A stretch of DNA of 64,000 bases from Balanoglossus misakiensis (Eukaryota > Animalia > Hemichordata). Shown piece by piece: positions 51,901 through 64,000 of the stretch. The stretch is from contig CM082578.2 of assembly GCA_040954595.2 (NCBI GenBank), forward strand, positions 7,549,519-7,613,518, read 5' to 3'. The translations under genes and the position numbers were made by a program. The first letter of the stretch is position 1; each line of letters opens with the position of its first letter. The notes beneath the pieces were generated by a model that had not been told where the DNA came from, made no database searches, and worked only from the letters and a program-made list of their open reading frames with translations.

Positions 51901-54900
51901 GAAATGCAGAAGAGGCCAAACTGCTTTGTGATTACTGGGAATTTGAGGATGACCTATTTACACTAACAGCTAAAGTCATTTTCCTATTAGAATGTAGCAG
52001 TCAACAAATTTTTATTTTGTGTCCTATTATCATGATTATGAACATCATCATCATCATCATCATCTTTGTTGTCGATGTTGCTGATACTACTGCTGCAACA
52101 AAATGAAACCTAGCCTAGTCCTAGCCGTATTTTGTCCGTTTTGTTTCCAAAACTACAGCAGACAAAATACGGCTAGGACTAGGCTAAATGAAACCATACT
52201 TATCCAAACATTATGTCACATATCATTAATACAATCAGGGTATGAAAGAAGGTGTAAAAAATATATTTCTTTTACCTTTTCATCTGATTCATCATCATCA
52301 GCTTCTGGGTCGTACCTTTCTGCACATACTGTGAAGAGACATGACAGCAAAAGCATTAGAAATCTAGTTTATTGACCAAATCAGGCCATGTACAAGTACA
52401 CTGGTACTTAAATGTACTTCCTTGTGACCTTAGGTAAATGTGCCAACACAATTTGATTTTGGTATATGTTCTCCATTTTTTGACCCAAACGAAACTATTT
52501 CGTCTAATTTATTACTATACAATGAGATTAAACTTTACAACATATAATATAGTCAACTTTTATGAGTACTGGTGGTAGTAATATGATTGTAGGTGGCAAT
52601 AAAATGGCTTCAAAGTCTATTTCAACCTCAATAATATTTCTGTTTCTCACCTACCCCCTTCCCACCCCCTTTTTTCTTGGGACTGGGACACTCACTCTCT
52701 TACCAACACACATCCTGCTAACACCATAGGCACTGCGTGTTATGATCTTACGTAACTGTTTCAACATGTTAAGCAGAGTTGACACATGTGTTTGTTAACA
52801 CTGCCTACTTTTCTTCACTGTCAATGAGATTAAACCCCACTCCAAATGTTATCAAAGGTATCTATAGACTGACAGATTATTGATAAGATACAGAGTAGGT
52901 CTTCTTTAAATTGCCAAAACTTGTGTGACTTCTTCAGAATTGACTGCTCGTTTTGGTACATTAATCCCATTAATTCTGGCATAATTATCATATGCTGTCA
53001 ATTTCAGTTACAGCCAGGAAATTGAACTAAACAAACAATAAACGCACCACATTTCTAAAATGGGGTGCGTCATCAGCGAAGGCTGCGGTAGAGCTCTATT
53101 AAAAAGATTAACGATTGGGGGGAATGAATGGATTCCACAACCAAACAGTGACAAGATTTTTTAACACAGCTCCCAAGACAAGGAAGTTGGTGATGATCAA
53201 TATGTATTACACAAAAACGGGATAATCCAAGATCAATATTGTGATTCAGCCTGTGCTTGTCGATGGCATTCTGCTGATGGAAAATGCCAGCCTGTCCCTT
53301 ATGCATGAGCTAACTCAACCTATAAACGTAATTGGGGCAAATGGGGTTGACGAGCAGCCAGATTGTTTCAGCACAATGGCCGAGTCTTACAGTTACTTGA
53401 ATTTGAAACAGGCATGAAAGACACCCCCACTAGCAACCGTACATGTACACAAGCCTTACACCGCTGAAACCCCATAACGTCTTGACTGATTTGCCTATGT
53501 CATCTGACAAATTTGTACTTCCCATTCGAGTGCCCCTCTGCTATTGTCATCCTTGTTCAAAGCATTCTGATTCTTAACTAGTCGGTCAAACAAAACAATG
53601 ACTGCGTTTAGCCGTGCTTCCGTACTACATTAAAACACGTCTTAAAGAAACCCAGCCTCTTCAGTGTGTGTGTGTGTGTGTGTGTGTGCATGCATTAGAA
53701 ACTCAACACCCACCCCAGCATAAATCTCGCCACATACTTTCTCTGTCAATGTATAATTCCTAACCAGAGAGAAACGAGAAACGTGGCAGACAGATTTCAG
53801 ATCTTACCTGATTTTCTCCTGTTGAATCTGTTCTTGGGAAGTTCTGCGGGGGACAAATAAGAGTGATTGTGAGAGAGTGAAGACACGTGAAACCCCATCC
53901 TGTCGGGAAAAATGGCCGGCTTCAGTCAAGTGTGTAGGCCGCCCAGCCTTGAAAGAATTGTATTGTGATATGTAAAACAGCTCACTGTGGCTGCATGTTT
54001 GAAAACCCATCCGGCCACACAATGAAATGTTACTCCAGTCGGCGGAGCGACAAAGACCCCCAAGTGTATGCTGGCTAACATAACCTGGAGTAACCTCTCG
54101 CCAGTGGTGTTGCTTGCAAAGGTTATGCAAACTCTGCTGAGCCCCGCCAGTAATATATTTATCCCTTACCGATATCTCCAAAATCACAGCTCATGTTCTA
54201 CAGCTAGCGTACGACAGACAGTCGGAAAGAAATATACCCACTTCCCCCCCAGGCCATGCATCCAAATGGCAAAGTACTTCAAAGTGACTGACCCAGATTT
54301 CCATGCTGTCCAAATATACTGTGGACTGATAAGGTTGTCTATGGTGACATATTATACTCTGACACTTCACACTGACAACTGTCAGAATTGACAGAGGGAT
54401 ACCAGATTTATTTATTACTGTACAAAACACATTCATATACCGGTGGCAACTGCTGTAGAAACTGTTAGGATAAAGAGAAATTAAACTTCTGGGCCATTAT
54501 GCCCTACCTCTCAGCATCACACAAATGTACTCTGGAGTTTCTCTGAATAACAAAATGTAGAATTCTATTTTATTGGGGAAGCACTCTCATCACATCTGTA
54601 TATTATTAACAGGGGCCCTTATGACTAGGCCAAAATTATTTTTGTATGCATTGGCAATGTTTTCTACAATTACTGCACTATATTATATTATAATTCATCG
54701 ATGGACGTGTGCATTCATTTATCAAGCAACTTGTTGCACCACAATCACACCACAAATGCACTGACACAATATCTGCTTTGCTATGGGATCCTTGTGCTAT
54801 GTCTTTTTTTATTACCAACAAATTATTTTTCAACTCAGTCATAATATCATACATTGCCACTGATTCAACCCTATGGTCTGTGTGAAGCAGAATTCTAATC

Positions 54901-57388
54901 CCTATAAGTGACAATACACACAATTTTCATATTATTTTTCAAATCCCATGAGGCCACTTTCAAATTATTCAAGATAAATTAATCCCAAATTAACACACAC
55001 TGGTGGTTAAAATAATTGAATATGAATTGATTTCATAGTGGTATCTAGCAACATTAATAATTATAATGTAATACTACAATACATTGTTATTTGAATCAAT
55101 AATTTTACAAATATCTGTGGATAATATAAATAATACAGTTAAATGAAAAAATAGTGCATTTCAAATATGACTCAGGGTGTGAGCCTTCGGGTGCAATAAG
55201 CGTGAACGCATCTTTGGAGGGTTGAATGAAATTTGACACGTCGGTGTGAGTGTGTAAATATGTGAGAAAACATACTTCAAAGCCCTGTTCCTCTGGGGCC
55301 TGGGTGTAGTAAGTGAAGGTGTGAAACTATTTAAAACTGGAGAATTTTAATGATTAAGTGACTTGTTGCGTCATCACACCTGAACAGGTTAAAACGCCCA
55401 CTAAATGACTACACAATGTGTGCCTCCGCTGTACGAGACAGACAGGATTTGATCAGCAGAGCATTCATACATCACATTACGCGCAAACCATTAGCCCACA
55501 AATGGTTTCGCAGGTTGGTAATGACGAAAATTTACTGTTAGGCTACCTTACGGCATTAGGTTTAAAATAACAAGATACTACATCATCTAGTCTAAAGATG
55601 TCAAAGAAAAAAAAAATGAAAAGAGCACCTGATACTAACTTAAAAATTTGCTACATATACTAATTGGGAAGTAAATTATGAGGTTTAACGTTGAAAGACG
55701 TGGCACTGTCAATAGTTTGGTGACCCCATATTTTTAATTAATGTACATGCGCAGATTTCAATAGCCAATCCATAAATTGTACAAATTACGAAATTTAGTT
55801 GTCCAGAGTGAAGATTTAAAATAATTTAATACAGATTTGATGGCCTACTCTACAAGAGATTAATAACGAAAAATGATACTAACAAACTCAGTAACATCCT
55901 TTACAACAGCATTATGTATCATGCAATGGGCTGAAAGTGAACTTTTAGGTCCCATTTACCTGTTCGTGCAGTACCAAGATTATATTTCACAGATGTAGGT
56001 CATGTGTGTACAGGGGGAAAGTACACCTAAGTATGCCCCGACTTCCAGTATAACGGACTGGGCCCAGGCATAAGTGAAAACACTTTCTGAAGTGGTGCTT
56101 TTGTTAAAAGAGTACCAAGGTAGATGCTGTCAGAATTTCTCAGTCATTTTACCTGGGTTCCCCATTGGTATATCAATGTAGGCATATTATGGGTAACAGA
56201 AGTGTAACCAGGTAACATTGAATAAACGCTGAACGCTAAGTATTGCATGGTGCAAGAAGGAACTCAGAATATCAGATACAGTTTGCGCTGTGATGTAACT
56301 GACCATTCCTTCTCAATATGCCAGCTAAGTCTATGTACATGCTTTCTTTTATACCAAGCTAAGAAAATACAAACACTACACAACACACACATCCACAGTT
56401 ACAACACAGACTTAACTGTAACATGTTTGTGTTGTAAATTACTTGTGTTTAGCATTTACAATGACATCCACCCCCCTCATCTATATTATACTGAGCATCT
56501 TATTTTACAGCTATTTAAAATATACTATTTAGTATTCTAAACTACTTAAAAATATAATGGCATATTGTCAATGAATTTAATGTGTGGAAAAGTAACTATT
56601 CAATTCAACAATGCCTAGGGTTTTAAAAGAGGGGCTTCATCACAACAACAGTTGGCAGGTCGTTGTCACATCAATATAGGTAAGCTTGTTTCGAAAGTAG
56701 GTGTGCACATTTAACTTAAAATATCACTATATTATATTGGTCATGTATTTCAGCAAAATATTCTTGTGAAACGGAATACCAGTGCAAGGGACCTTTAAAT
56801 GACCCTCATGTCAAGCTTAAAATGTATACTGAATAAAAATGAGCGATACAGCTGATCACTGTTTCACGATCCCCTCAGCAACATCGATCGCCTCTTCGGC
56901 GCTGTTGCTGCCGAGCGTCAAACAGGATTCAGGAAATAGTTCCAGGGGCACATTCAGTGAAGAGTGAATTAATTTGTCAAAAATAACGGAGTGATTAAAT
57001 CAACGTTTGATTGTTGTTGACCAACAAAGGTAAAGGTGAGCCGCCTCGCACATATATTAGGTTTATGTTTCATTGACAGAATTTATCACGGAGTGTTCAT
57101 TTCAGATACGTGATGGCATCTCCATATTCACAATATTATATACGGACTGATCGACTCACCTGGCGGTACAAACTCATCATCCGAATCCGTCTGCATGGGC
57201 TCGTCCGTTTCGGACGGCTCAGAAAACTTCACACCTCGTCTTCCCGCCGTCTTGCTTGCGTTGCTATCATTCAGCTTGGTAAAATACTGAGCGGCGAAGG
57301 CGACCAGATCGGCGGGCTTCTCCCGGAGAACCGTGACGGTGAACTCCTGGAGCAAATCCGTCAGGCCGGGCGGAATTTCAAAATTCAT
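24794..57388 (-). CDS. PRKAR2: cAMP-dependent protein kinase type II regulatory subunit, 385 aa, 13 coding exons
   Basis: D/D domain [25 protein letters not shown], substrate-type inhibitor site RRKSV, cAMP cassettes [18 protein letters not shown] and [19 protein letters not shown]. All 12 introns are GT-AG with consistent phases; exon sum 1158 nt. Confidence 0.96.
25033..25118. mobile_element. piggyBac-like mini-MITE with TTAA target duplication
   Basis: TTAA-CCCTTTCA...TGAAAGGG-TTAA, 86 bp; reverse-oriented relative at 42374-42466. Confidence 0.7.
25301..25372 (-). CDS. PRKAR2: PKA-RII exon 12
   Basis: (E)[23 protein letters not shown]; 72 nt. Confidence 0.95.
25638..25695 (-). CDS. PRKAR2: PKA-RII exon 11
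   Basis: [19 protein letters not shown]; 58 nt. Confidence 0.93.
27810..27990. repeat. Degenerate (TG)n/(TGTA)n low-complexity tract
   Basis: Directly visible; source of the spurious His/Thr-rich ORFs. Confidence 0.8.
28788..28853 (-). CDS. PRKAR2: PKA-RII exon 10
   Basis: [22 protein letters not shown]; 66 nt. Confidence 0.93.
29255..29329 (-). CDS. PRKAR2: PKA-RII exon 9
   Basis: [25 protein letters not shown]; 75 nt. Confidence 0.95.
29650..29840. mobile_element. Kolobok-like MITE with TTAA target duplication
   Basis: TTAA-AGGTATACAGT...ACCGTATACCT-TTAA; internal sequence shared with 33843-34030. Confidence 0.65.
31805..31906 (-). CDS. PRKAR2: PKA-RII exon 8
   Basis: [34 protein letters not shown]; 102 nt. 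Confidence 0.95.
32678..32819 (-). CDS. PRKAR2: PKA-RII exon 7
   Basis: [47 protein letters not shown]; 142 nt. Confidence 0.96.
33843..34030. mobile_element. Degenerate second copy of the Kolobok-like MITE
   Basis: Shares CCTCCAATTTAC..GCCCTTATATG, TGTGATTGG and CCATGGTAAC blocks with 29650-29840 and ends ATACC-TTAA. Confidence 0.55.
34141..34205 (-). CDS. PRKAR2: PKA-RII exon 6
   Basis: [21 protein letters not shown]; 65 nt. Confidence 0.95.
37605..37646 (-). CDS. PRKAR2: PKA-RII exon 5
   Basis: [14 protein letters not shown]; 42 nt. Confidence 0.95.
41812..41895 (-). CDS. PRKAR2: PKA-RII exon 4
   Basis: [28 protein letters not shown]; 84 nt. Confidence 0.95.
42374..42466. mobile_element. 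piggyBac-like mini-MITE, reverse copy
   Basis: CCCTTTCATCCCC...ACCATAGAAA...AAAGGG-TTAG; reverse-complement similarity to 25033-25118. Confidence 0.6.
52111..52186. mobile_element. 76-bp MITE with 26-bp perfect TIRs (TAG...CTA) and 9-bp target duplication
   Basis: TAGCCTAGTCCTAGCCGTATTTTGTC / GACAAAATACGGCTAGGACTAGGCTA; AATGAAACC at 52102-52110 and 52187-52195. Confidence 0.9.
52276..52328 (-). CDS. PRKAR2: PKA-RII exon 3
   Basis: (V)[17 protein letters not shown]; 53 nt. Confidence 0.95.
53808..53843 (-). CDS. PRKAR2: PKA-RII exon 2 (inhibitor/autophosphorylation site)
   Basis: (E)[11 protein letters not shown]; 36 nt, phase 1-1. Confidence 0.93.
57160..57388 (-). CDS. PRKAR2: PKA-RII exon 1 coding part (dimerisation/docking domain)
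   Basis: ATG at 57388; donor CAG|GTGAGT; 229 nt. Confidence 0.96.
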
Positions 57389-57399
57389 CACGCATCCAA

Positions 57400-57960
57400 C
57401 AAGAACACTCTACGAGATAAATGGAAATAAAATGATGACAAAATTAAAATCGTGGCTTCACACACGGCGTCAACCCAGCTGGCCGGTGGCAAATGTCTGA
57501 AGACGCGATCTTAGTGTGAGTAAATTTTGTGAAGCCCCTTATCTATCGTCAGGGAGAAGAGTTCAACAGTATTATTATTCTGTCAACGTGCTGTGTGACG
57601 TCATAGTATAATGTCTACAAGCCGTTTTACATATCGAAACATTACACGACCTTTGCGCGCGACCCTGTTTCGGGCCTAAAATTCGATTAAACCCTCGAAA
57701 AATTCGACCGACGTTTGTTTCTTCTATGGACAAGTTCATTAAATGGGAAAAGGGGTCACACGGCTTCATAGGTGCCAATATCTGTATTTATTTAGCTTCG
57801 TTAAATAATCCACTCGCGTAAAAGTACAGACGAATAACTGAACGTGATCAGGTGGTTGCGCAGACTGAAGGAGCGTCGCGGCCACAGTGCGCAGCCTTCC
57901 CTAACAACCACTCGACCAATCGCGGGAAACGGAGTAAACAATGCATTCAGGTATCCGAAA
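57400..57960. promoter_or_regulatory. CpG-rich promoter region of PKA-RII, possibly bidirectional
   Basis: Full CRE TGACGTCA 57596-57603; CCAAT next to an E2F-like TCGCGGGAAA near 57917-57929; + strand donor-like CAG|GTAT at 57951. Confidence 0.55.
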
Positions 57961-60900
57961 AGAACACACCTTAGTGTTTATAAGTCGCAAGGTCGGGTCA
58001 CCAGTCGATGGGTGGTGATAATGGAAGGGTGATTCCCACGACCGTTGCAGAACTTAGTACAAAATTTAGGAAAGTATACGTGTATTAATCGTTTCCTCTT
58101 CCCAGTTTCAGTACCCCAAGGGGAGAAAATTTGCCTCCAAGCACATGAGACGAAACATTCCATGATGATTGGTTCGATGATTCGGACCAACTGCTTGAAC
58201 TGTGACTCCGATAAAAATAGCGTTCATTGATAATATCCCTTTGTGGTAGACCTAAAACATGCATACACATGATACACTATTTCATTAAGAGTCTCCTATT
58301 ATGTATTTTTTATGTCTGTACGTTGCAAGTGAAAGATATCATGGTTTTATAGGGTTTCGTGTAGTTGGCAAAAAGTGGGGACAGCATGATGATGATGATG
58401 CAGAAGTGATGATAAATAAAGTACTACTTGTAGATGTGATTTTTTGTCATTCTTTAGAAAATGTAAAAATAAAAACATGTATTTTGTTTGCAATTTTGCG
58501 CATGGGATGGCCGGGCCGGATTGTATGCGTTCTCTTCGCACACTAAACTATTTTCCGGTTCAATGTATTGCTTCTTTCCGGTCATTTTTGTAAGGGAAAC
58601 CCCGAAAAATGAGGTACGTTTGTCACTAGAGGGCGCTCTAACAACTGTTACCTTGAACTGGCGTAGTACACGTGAGAGGCATGACTGAGAATGTACAGTC
58701 AGTGGCGCTCGCATCACATGTATGCTGGAATCATGCATGTTTCAAATACACCCTTTAAAATAGTTAGGTCTTACTGCGGTTATAATCATATACAATCTTT
58801 CATTTTGCACCTGGATTTCGACATGTAATATTATCTAGCCATATTTGATAGTAGTGAAAAACCTAGATCAGTGAAAACCATATGGATCAGAAATAATGTG
58901 CTTGTATATAGTTTATTGATTTTTCAGGTAAATTCCCTTATTCTCTGCAAGCCAGAAATTCTGTTTGCAGTGTGATCTGAAAGAGATTAAGTGTGTGATT
59001 GCCTTGTAATACTCCCAAACTTACTCCATGGAGCAGATTTGATACAACAGTAAGATTGTATACTTGTGTTTCTACACATCAGTATATCACAGGTGCAGTT
59101 TTTTTTTCTGTATACAGAGAAAAACCCTCTCCATAACCTCATCTTTGAGAATTAACCCATGCATTTCATTACTGAATACACAGGTGACAGATATTATTTT
59201 TAATACAGACTTGTCTGTTGACATGATGAATATGCCAAGCAGGTTTTATTATATATGCATTTCACTTTGAATTGAGTGGAAAATGAAGAATCATGCATAA
59301 AATCAAACATAAAATGTAATAAAGAAATTGTGGGTGTAATTTATGATTTGTAAATGCTATACACAAGGAAACTTGTCAACATCATACCATTGGATATTAA
59401 TAATTCCATGTGATATTATCAACCTTTCATGATTTTTCCATAAATCAGCACAAGCAACCTAGCAAAAAAATTCTCTGTGATATTTAATAAAAGAAATCAA
59501 AAAATGGCAAATGCGTTCTGAAAAACACAATTTCTAGTTTTGTCTATTGAACTAAACTCGATATTCCGATCCATAGACACCTATTTCTGAGAAAATTTAT
59601 TAGATAACATGGCCAAGCAATTTCTGAGAAAGTCATCGAAATAGCTTTTTACACTCAAGAACACAAACTGATATAAATCAATGCGGACGAAATTTACTGT
59701 TATCATATGAATATCAAATGTATTCCTTCATTTAAATTTAAGCTGCATGATTAGGCACCAGATGAACCTGATATGTTACAAATACCCTGTGATATACCAG
59801 CAAAGACTAGAAAATCTTTGCAACAATTACCGTCAAGAACCTGACTGCCGCTAGTGCCAGTCAAAATGTGTGAAAACGGGTTTAGTACATTGATGAAGAT
59901 GGTTTTGTAACACTTTTGTAATGTGCAGAATAAACGTGATGTAATTCTCAAACGAAACTCGACACATACGATTGCTCCAATGCAAATCGTTGCCTTGAAG
60001 AAGTGCCTTGGAAAGAATGTTTTACAAATTCTGCTCCGTTATATATCAATGCAGAGATGCACGGTGACAACATGAATAGAGTATCGAATTGCCAACTGCG
60101 ATATTTAGCTGCAGCAATGAATAAAACATCAGCTTCTCACAGCAAGGATTTGGATCTGTATATTTCCCAAATGGTTTGATGTCTGTAATATCATGCATGA
60201 ATATGACAGGGATAAAACATTAGCCAATTTTCTCGATCTTCTGGTGTTTTCTCAGCTCGATTGCCATTTTGCAGACAGTGCTTACAGCTGCATGGCGAGT
60301 GTTTGTGATGTGTCGATCACCTGGTGAATTCCCGTGGAGATAATGACACTGTAAAGCGAGGGCTCTTGAGTATGACTTGAATTTACTGCAGTGCCAGCAG
60401 GCTGGACAGAGAGTGATAATATGGGATGCCAGTTGATAGTCTGCATGATGCAGTGAATTGAAATTCCAAATTCGAGCTTTATTCTGGCTTGAACAGCATG
60501 CATCTGTAAGGTCCATGCAGTGTGCCTGCATGCATGTCTCTGCCACCCGATGGATTGAACTCGAATTCTTATTCAAACATCGTTTCTTTAAGGGAATTAC
60601 CAAGATAACCAGTCAAAATAAAAGATGCACAGACTTGCAGAAGATGTGGAAATTGATATCGGACTATCACCATTGATTTTGAAAGCACCAGTGATACATG
60701 AGTTCGAACTATATACACACGCACTGCACGTTCTTCAGATGCCTGATTTCCGAGAAATGCCTCTGCATCAACATTCCCTCTGGAAATTTAATAGAGTGTA
60801 CAAAGAAACCCTTCGTGTAACTGCAGCTATGAACTTTTAAGTGCATGACAGTTTAAATACATGCAGAGCTCCAACACGACTGCAGAATAATTCCTGAAGC

Positions 60901-63900
60901 CATGCATTCACATGTAGCCTTGAAGTGCTTCCCTTTTCACTCAAAGAAAACTGCATGGTTGATTGTCTTGGCAGCAAGAACATCTTAAAAGAAAACTTTT
61001 TTTATCAGGTTTTTGTCCTTGTGGTATGCGTGCAGTCAAACAGTCAATGTTATGCACGACTATTCAAGTTAAATGTTGCTTTCAATTTAGGCCTATTTTC
61101 GTGGAATCATTTCATAACTCAATGTCAAGTTGTAGAATAAATAACAGTCACATTTCCATGTATGCAGGGAAAACAAAGAACGAACAAATGCGACACTTAA
61201 TTTCTGTAGAACAAGTAAACAGATGTGTTGTTTCACATGATAGAGGATGTACCTGTAATTTCATAACATTTATCCTACAATTTCAGGTTTTATTCCAAAA
61301 CATATGTTGAAATTCTCAGTATTTGGTACATCCTGCTGTTTTTCAGAACTGAATTTTTTAGGTTTTAGCTGCTGTCTACAGAAGTATTGATACCTGTTAT
61401 ACCTGTTTTAACAGAATGTTCCCATTTATTTTTTTTTTATAACCAACCAACCTACACCTATCTCTTCAAAGGCCTACATGCTCAACAAGATTTAGGAATC
61501 CTGTATCCGACGATTTTATATTACCAAAGTTCCTAATGAGTGCAGGAGTTCCCCTGAGTATATCTGATTCTTCAGATCATGTCCATACGGTCACCATACC
61601 AGGATTGAATTACCCTTATTAGTTCCTGAAGTCATGTGATCCAATATACCAGTACAAAATCAATGCTACGATCGACAGAACTTGCAAACTCTTTTGTTTT
61701 TCAAAAGGCTCTTGGGGATATTCAAATGTTGGTAGATGGAAAATTAGTCTGGAACTTGTTTTTCCTGTTCAGATCAACCCCCTCCCTTGATATCAAATGT
61801 CCTACCCAAAAGGAAATCAAATGTTCTAGCATCAGCTGAGTCCACAGAAAAGGTTTCTGCGTTCTACTTCTTTGACTTATGAAGTACCCATGTTTGTTTT
61901 AGTACCACGATTTTCCTCCAGTGTTGAAATTTCTGATGGGAAATTGATATTTACGGATTTTTGACGAAAGTTATTGCTGTTTATATTAATTGAAAATGTT
62001 GACTCGTCCTCAGACCAAACTTTTTTTTATCTCATCGCATGTTTTTGGTAAAGTTGTTGAGTCAGATAAGATTTCAATTTGGAAAATAAAAATAACACTC
62101 ATTAAAACATGAACATCTGCGGTCAAACTAACTCTTGACATTTGAACATTATAGAACTAAATCCTGCTGATGTAAGATCCATCTACTGCGGGCAAAACGC
62201 CCTTAGATTTGTTCACTCTGAATTAATTATTCATGAGATAGCCACTATGTGATCATCAAGTGTATGTGAGAAATAGTGACCTGCACGAAATGAAATGTGG
62301 CTGCGCATAATTTATCGTAATTGATGACATTTAAAGTTCCACAGTTATAAGAAGTGAAGTATTTTTAAAATGTTTCTGATGTGTAATTGAAGCCTTTTTT
62401 ACGAAAAACATGCGATTAATGTTCTCTTAGGCAGATGCATGCCGAGCATCAAATTGGTGATGCAGCTGGTTGCAGCCATCAACTCTCAGACTTGAAGGGT
62501 GATCAACAGCATCGTGCATGCACATGCATACAAACTTTGCTGTTTGAGGGCATAGTCTGACTACAAATTAAGGGTCGGTAGCAAATGATTTTTTTTATTT
62601 CCATAGTTTGGGGTTATAGACAGACCAGATGGCATAAGCAATATTGATTATTGGATAGACCTGAATTTTCGTTTTTTTCAAAATTGAAAAAATCCCACTG
62701 TTTATAAATACCAAAAATAAATGTCATTTTCCATAGAACGTTAACCATTGTAACATCTGTATTACAGTGAGATTTTTTTTTCTTTTTAATAAACCCTTAA
62801 TTGCCTTAATGCATATATTTGCATACTACAAAATACAATGTCATCACTCTCTCATCCACAAACATTTACAATTTTTGTTCAAGTACAGTGAGAGTTAGGT
62901 CCTCTGCAATTGTCCACCACTAGATATCATATATATGTCCTTTGGAAGCAAAATAAAGAGTTCAAAGTCTGACATATTTATAATCACTTTTTCCTAACCA
63001 AAGTAAATGTGTAGGCCTTAGGCTATTATACACTCATTTAAAGTCTCATTGACATTCTTTTTAATTATACTGACTAACTGCTAACTCAGGGCCTGAATAT
63101 ATTAATTTGGAAATATTGCTACATGTATATGAATGGGCCAGACTGGAGGCTATAGATGGACACATAAATACTTCATGAAGTGGAAAGGATGATGTATGCT
63201 CTCATCTTTGCATTTAGATATATTATCATGAGGTAAATTAAATTGCTGCAGAATTAACCTACATATATATTGAAAGACTAAAAGAAAAACGTAAATATTC
63301 TACTCCAGTCCCACATTGCATTGCAATTCCTATCTCATATAGTACAGGGGTCAAAAGTGCAGATCCCAAAGTGCAGTACTCATGCTTCTAAATTTCGTTA
63401 GAATTGTACAATACAGCGTACAGTCCAGCAGTTTTCTCACTAAATTACAATCCAGACGAGTTGATTCCACCCCTTAGGTTTGACATTACTGGAGTAATAT
63501 TCCTTGTATTGTCCTTTTTTCAGCCTAAATGATGATTAATCATTACGGAAACATTAAAAAATAAGTTTGTTATTCTTTGACAACATTTCCGTTGCTCACG
63601 CTACAGTGTGAAGTTTTATTAACATTGCAAGTTTTCCACGTAAGAATTCAGTGCTTAAAGAAATGTTTAATTTTGTCTTGACTATCGCAAATACTGATTG
63701 ATGTGTTCATCAGACTGTGACTAATACTGAGAATGACAGCAGGTAATTGAATTTTTATTAAGCTTTAAGTGAACTTTTAGTATTAAACCCTGTGAAACAA
63801 GTGGTGTCTTCATTTCGAAGGTTTGACGCGGAAAAATAAATGTTCGCTGTACATTTTTGAGTGCCACTTTTTTCGAAATTGGCGTGCTTGTAATAATGTT

Positions 63901-64000
63901 TTCATCAATTAAAATAAAAATGAAACAAAATCCAAGTGGTGTGTGACTGAGTTATGAACACAAACAGTATTATTGTCTTTGATACACTTGTTCAAAAATA

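Noticed and set aside
59700-61900. Several 60-127-aa ORFs at the right end
   Set aside because: No domain motifs and no consistent splice chain found.

Overview
Intron-rich animal (invertebrate bilaterian-like) genomic DNA; most of the supplied ORF track is spurious. Read by hand, left to right: (1) probable last two exons of a + strand gene ending in a WW-like motif (to 913); (2) a solitary intronless histone H1 gene (1728-2342, -) with a histone stem-loop, a downstream element and a poly(A) signal; (3) two head-to-head SLC10/ASBT-like sodium-bile acid symporter paralogues (5750-7597 - and 12950-15018 +), each with 3 coding exons and matching intron phases; (4) a 134-aa single-coding-exon PD-(D/E)xK nuclease of Mrr/NucS type (17861-18265, -), with ETS-IRF and kappaB-like motifs upstream, which is the most unusual item; (5) a complete 13-exon PKA type II regulatory subunit gene (24794-57388, -, 385 aa) with a long 3' UTR and a CRE-containing, possibly bidirectional promoter. 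Short TIR/hairpin elements and microsatellites are scattered throughout. No tRNA, rRNA or CRISPR array was seen. All family assignments are from motif recognition, not database searches.
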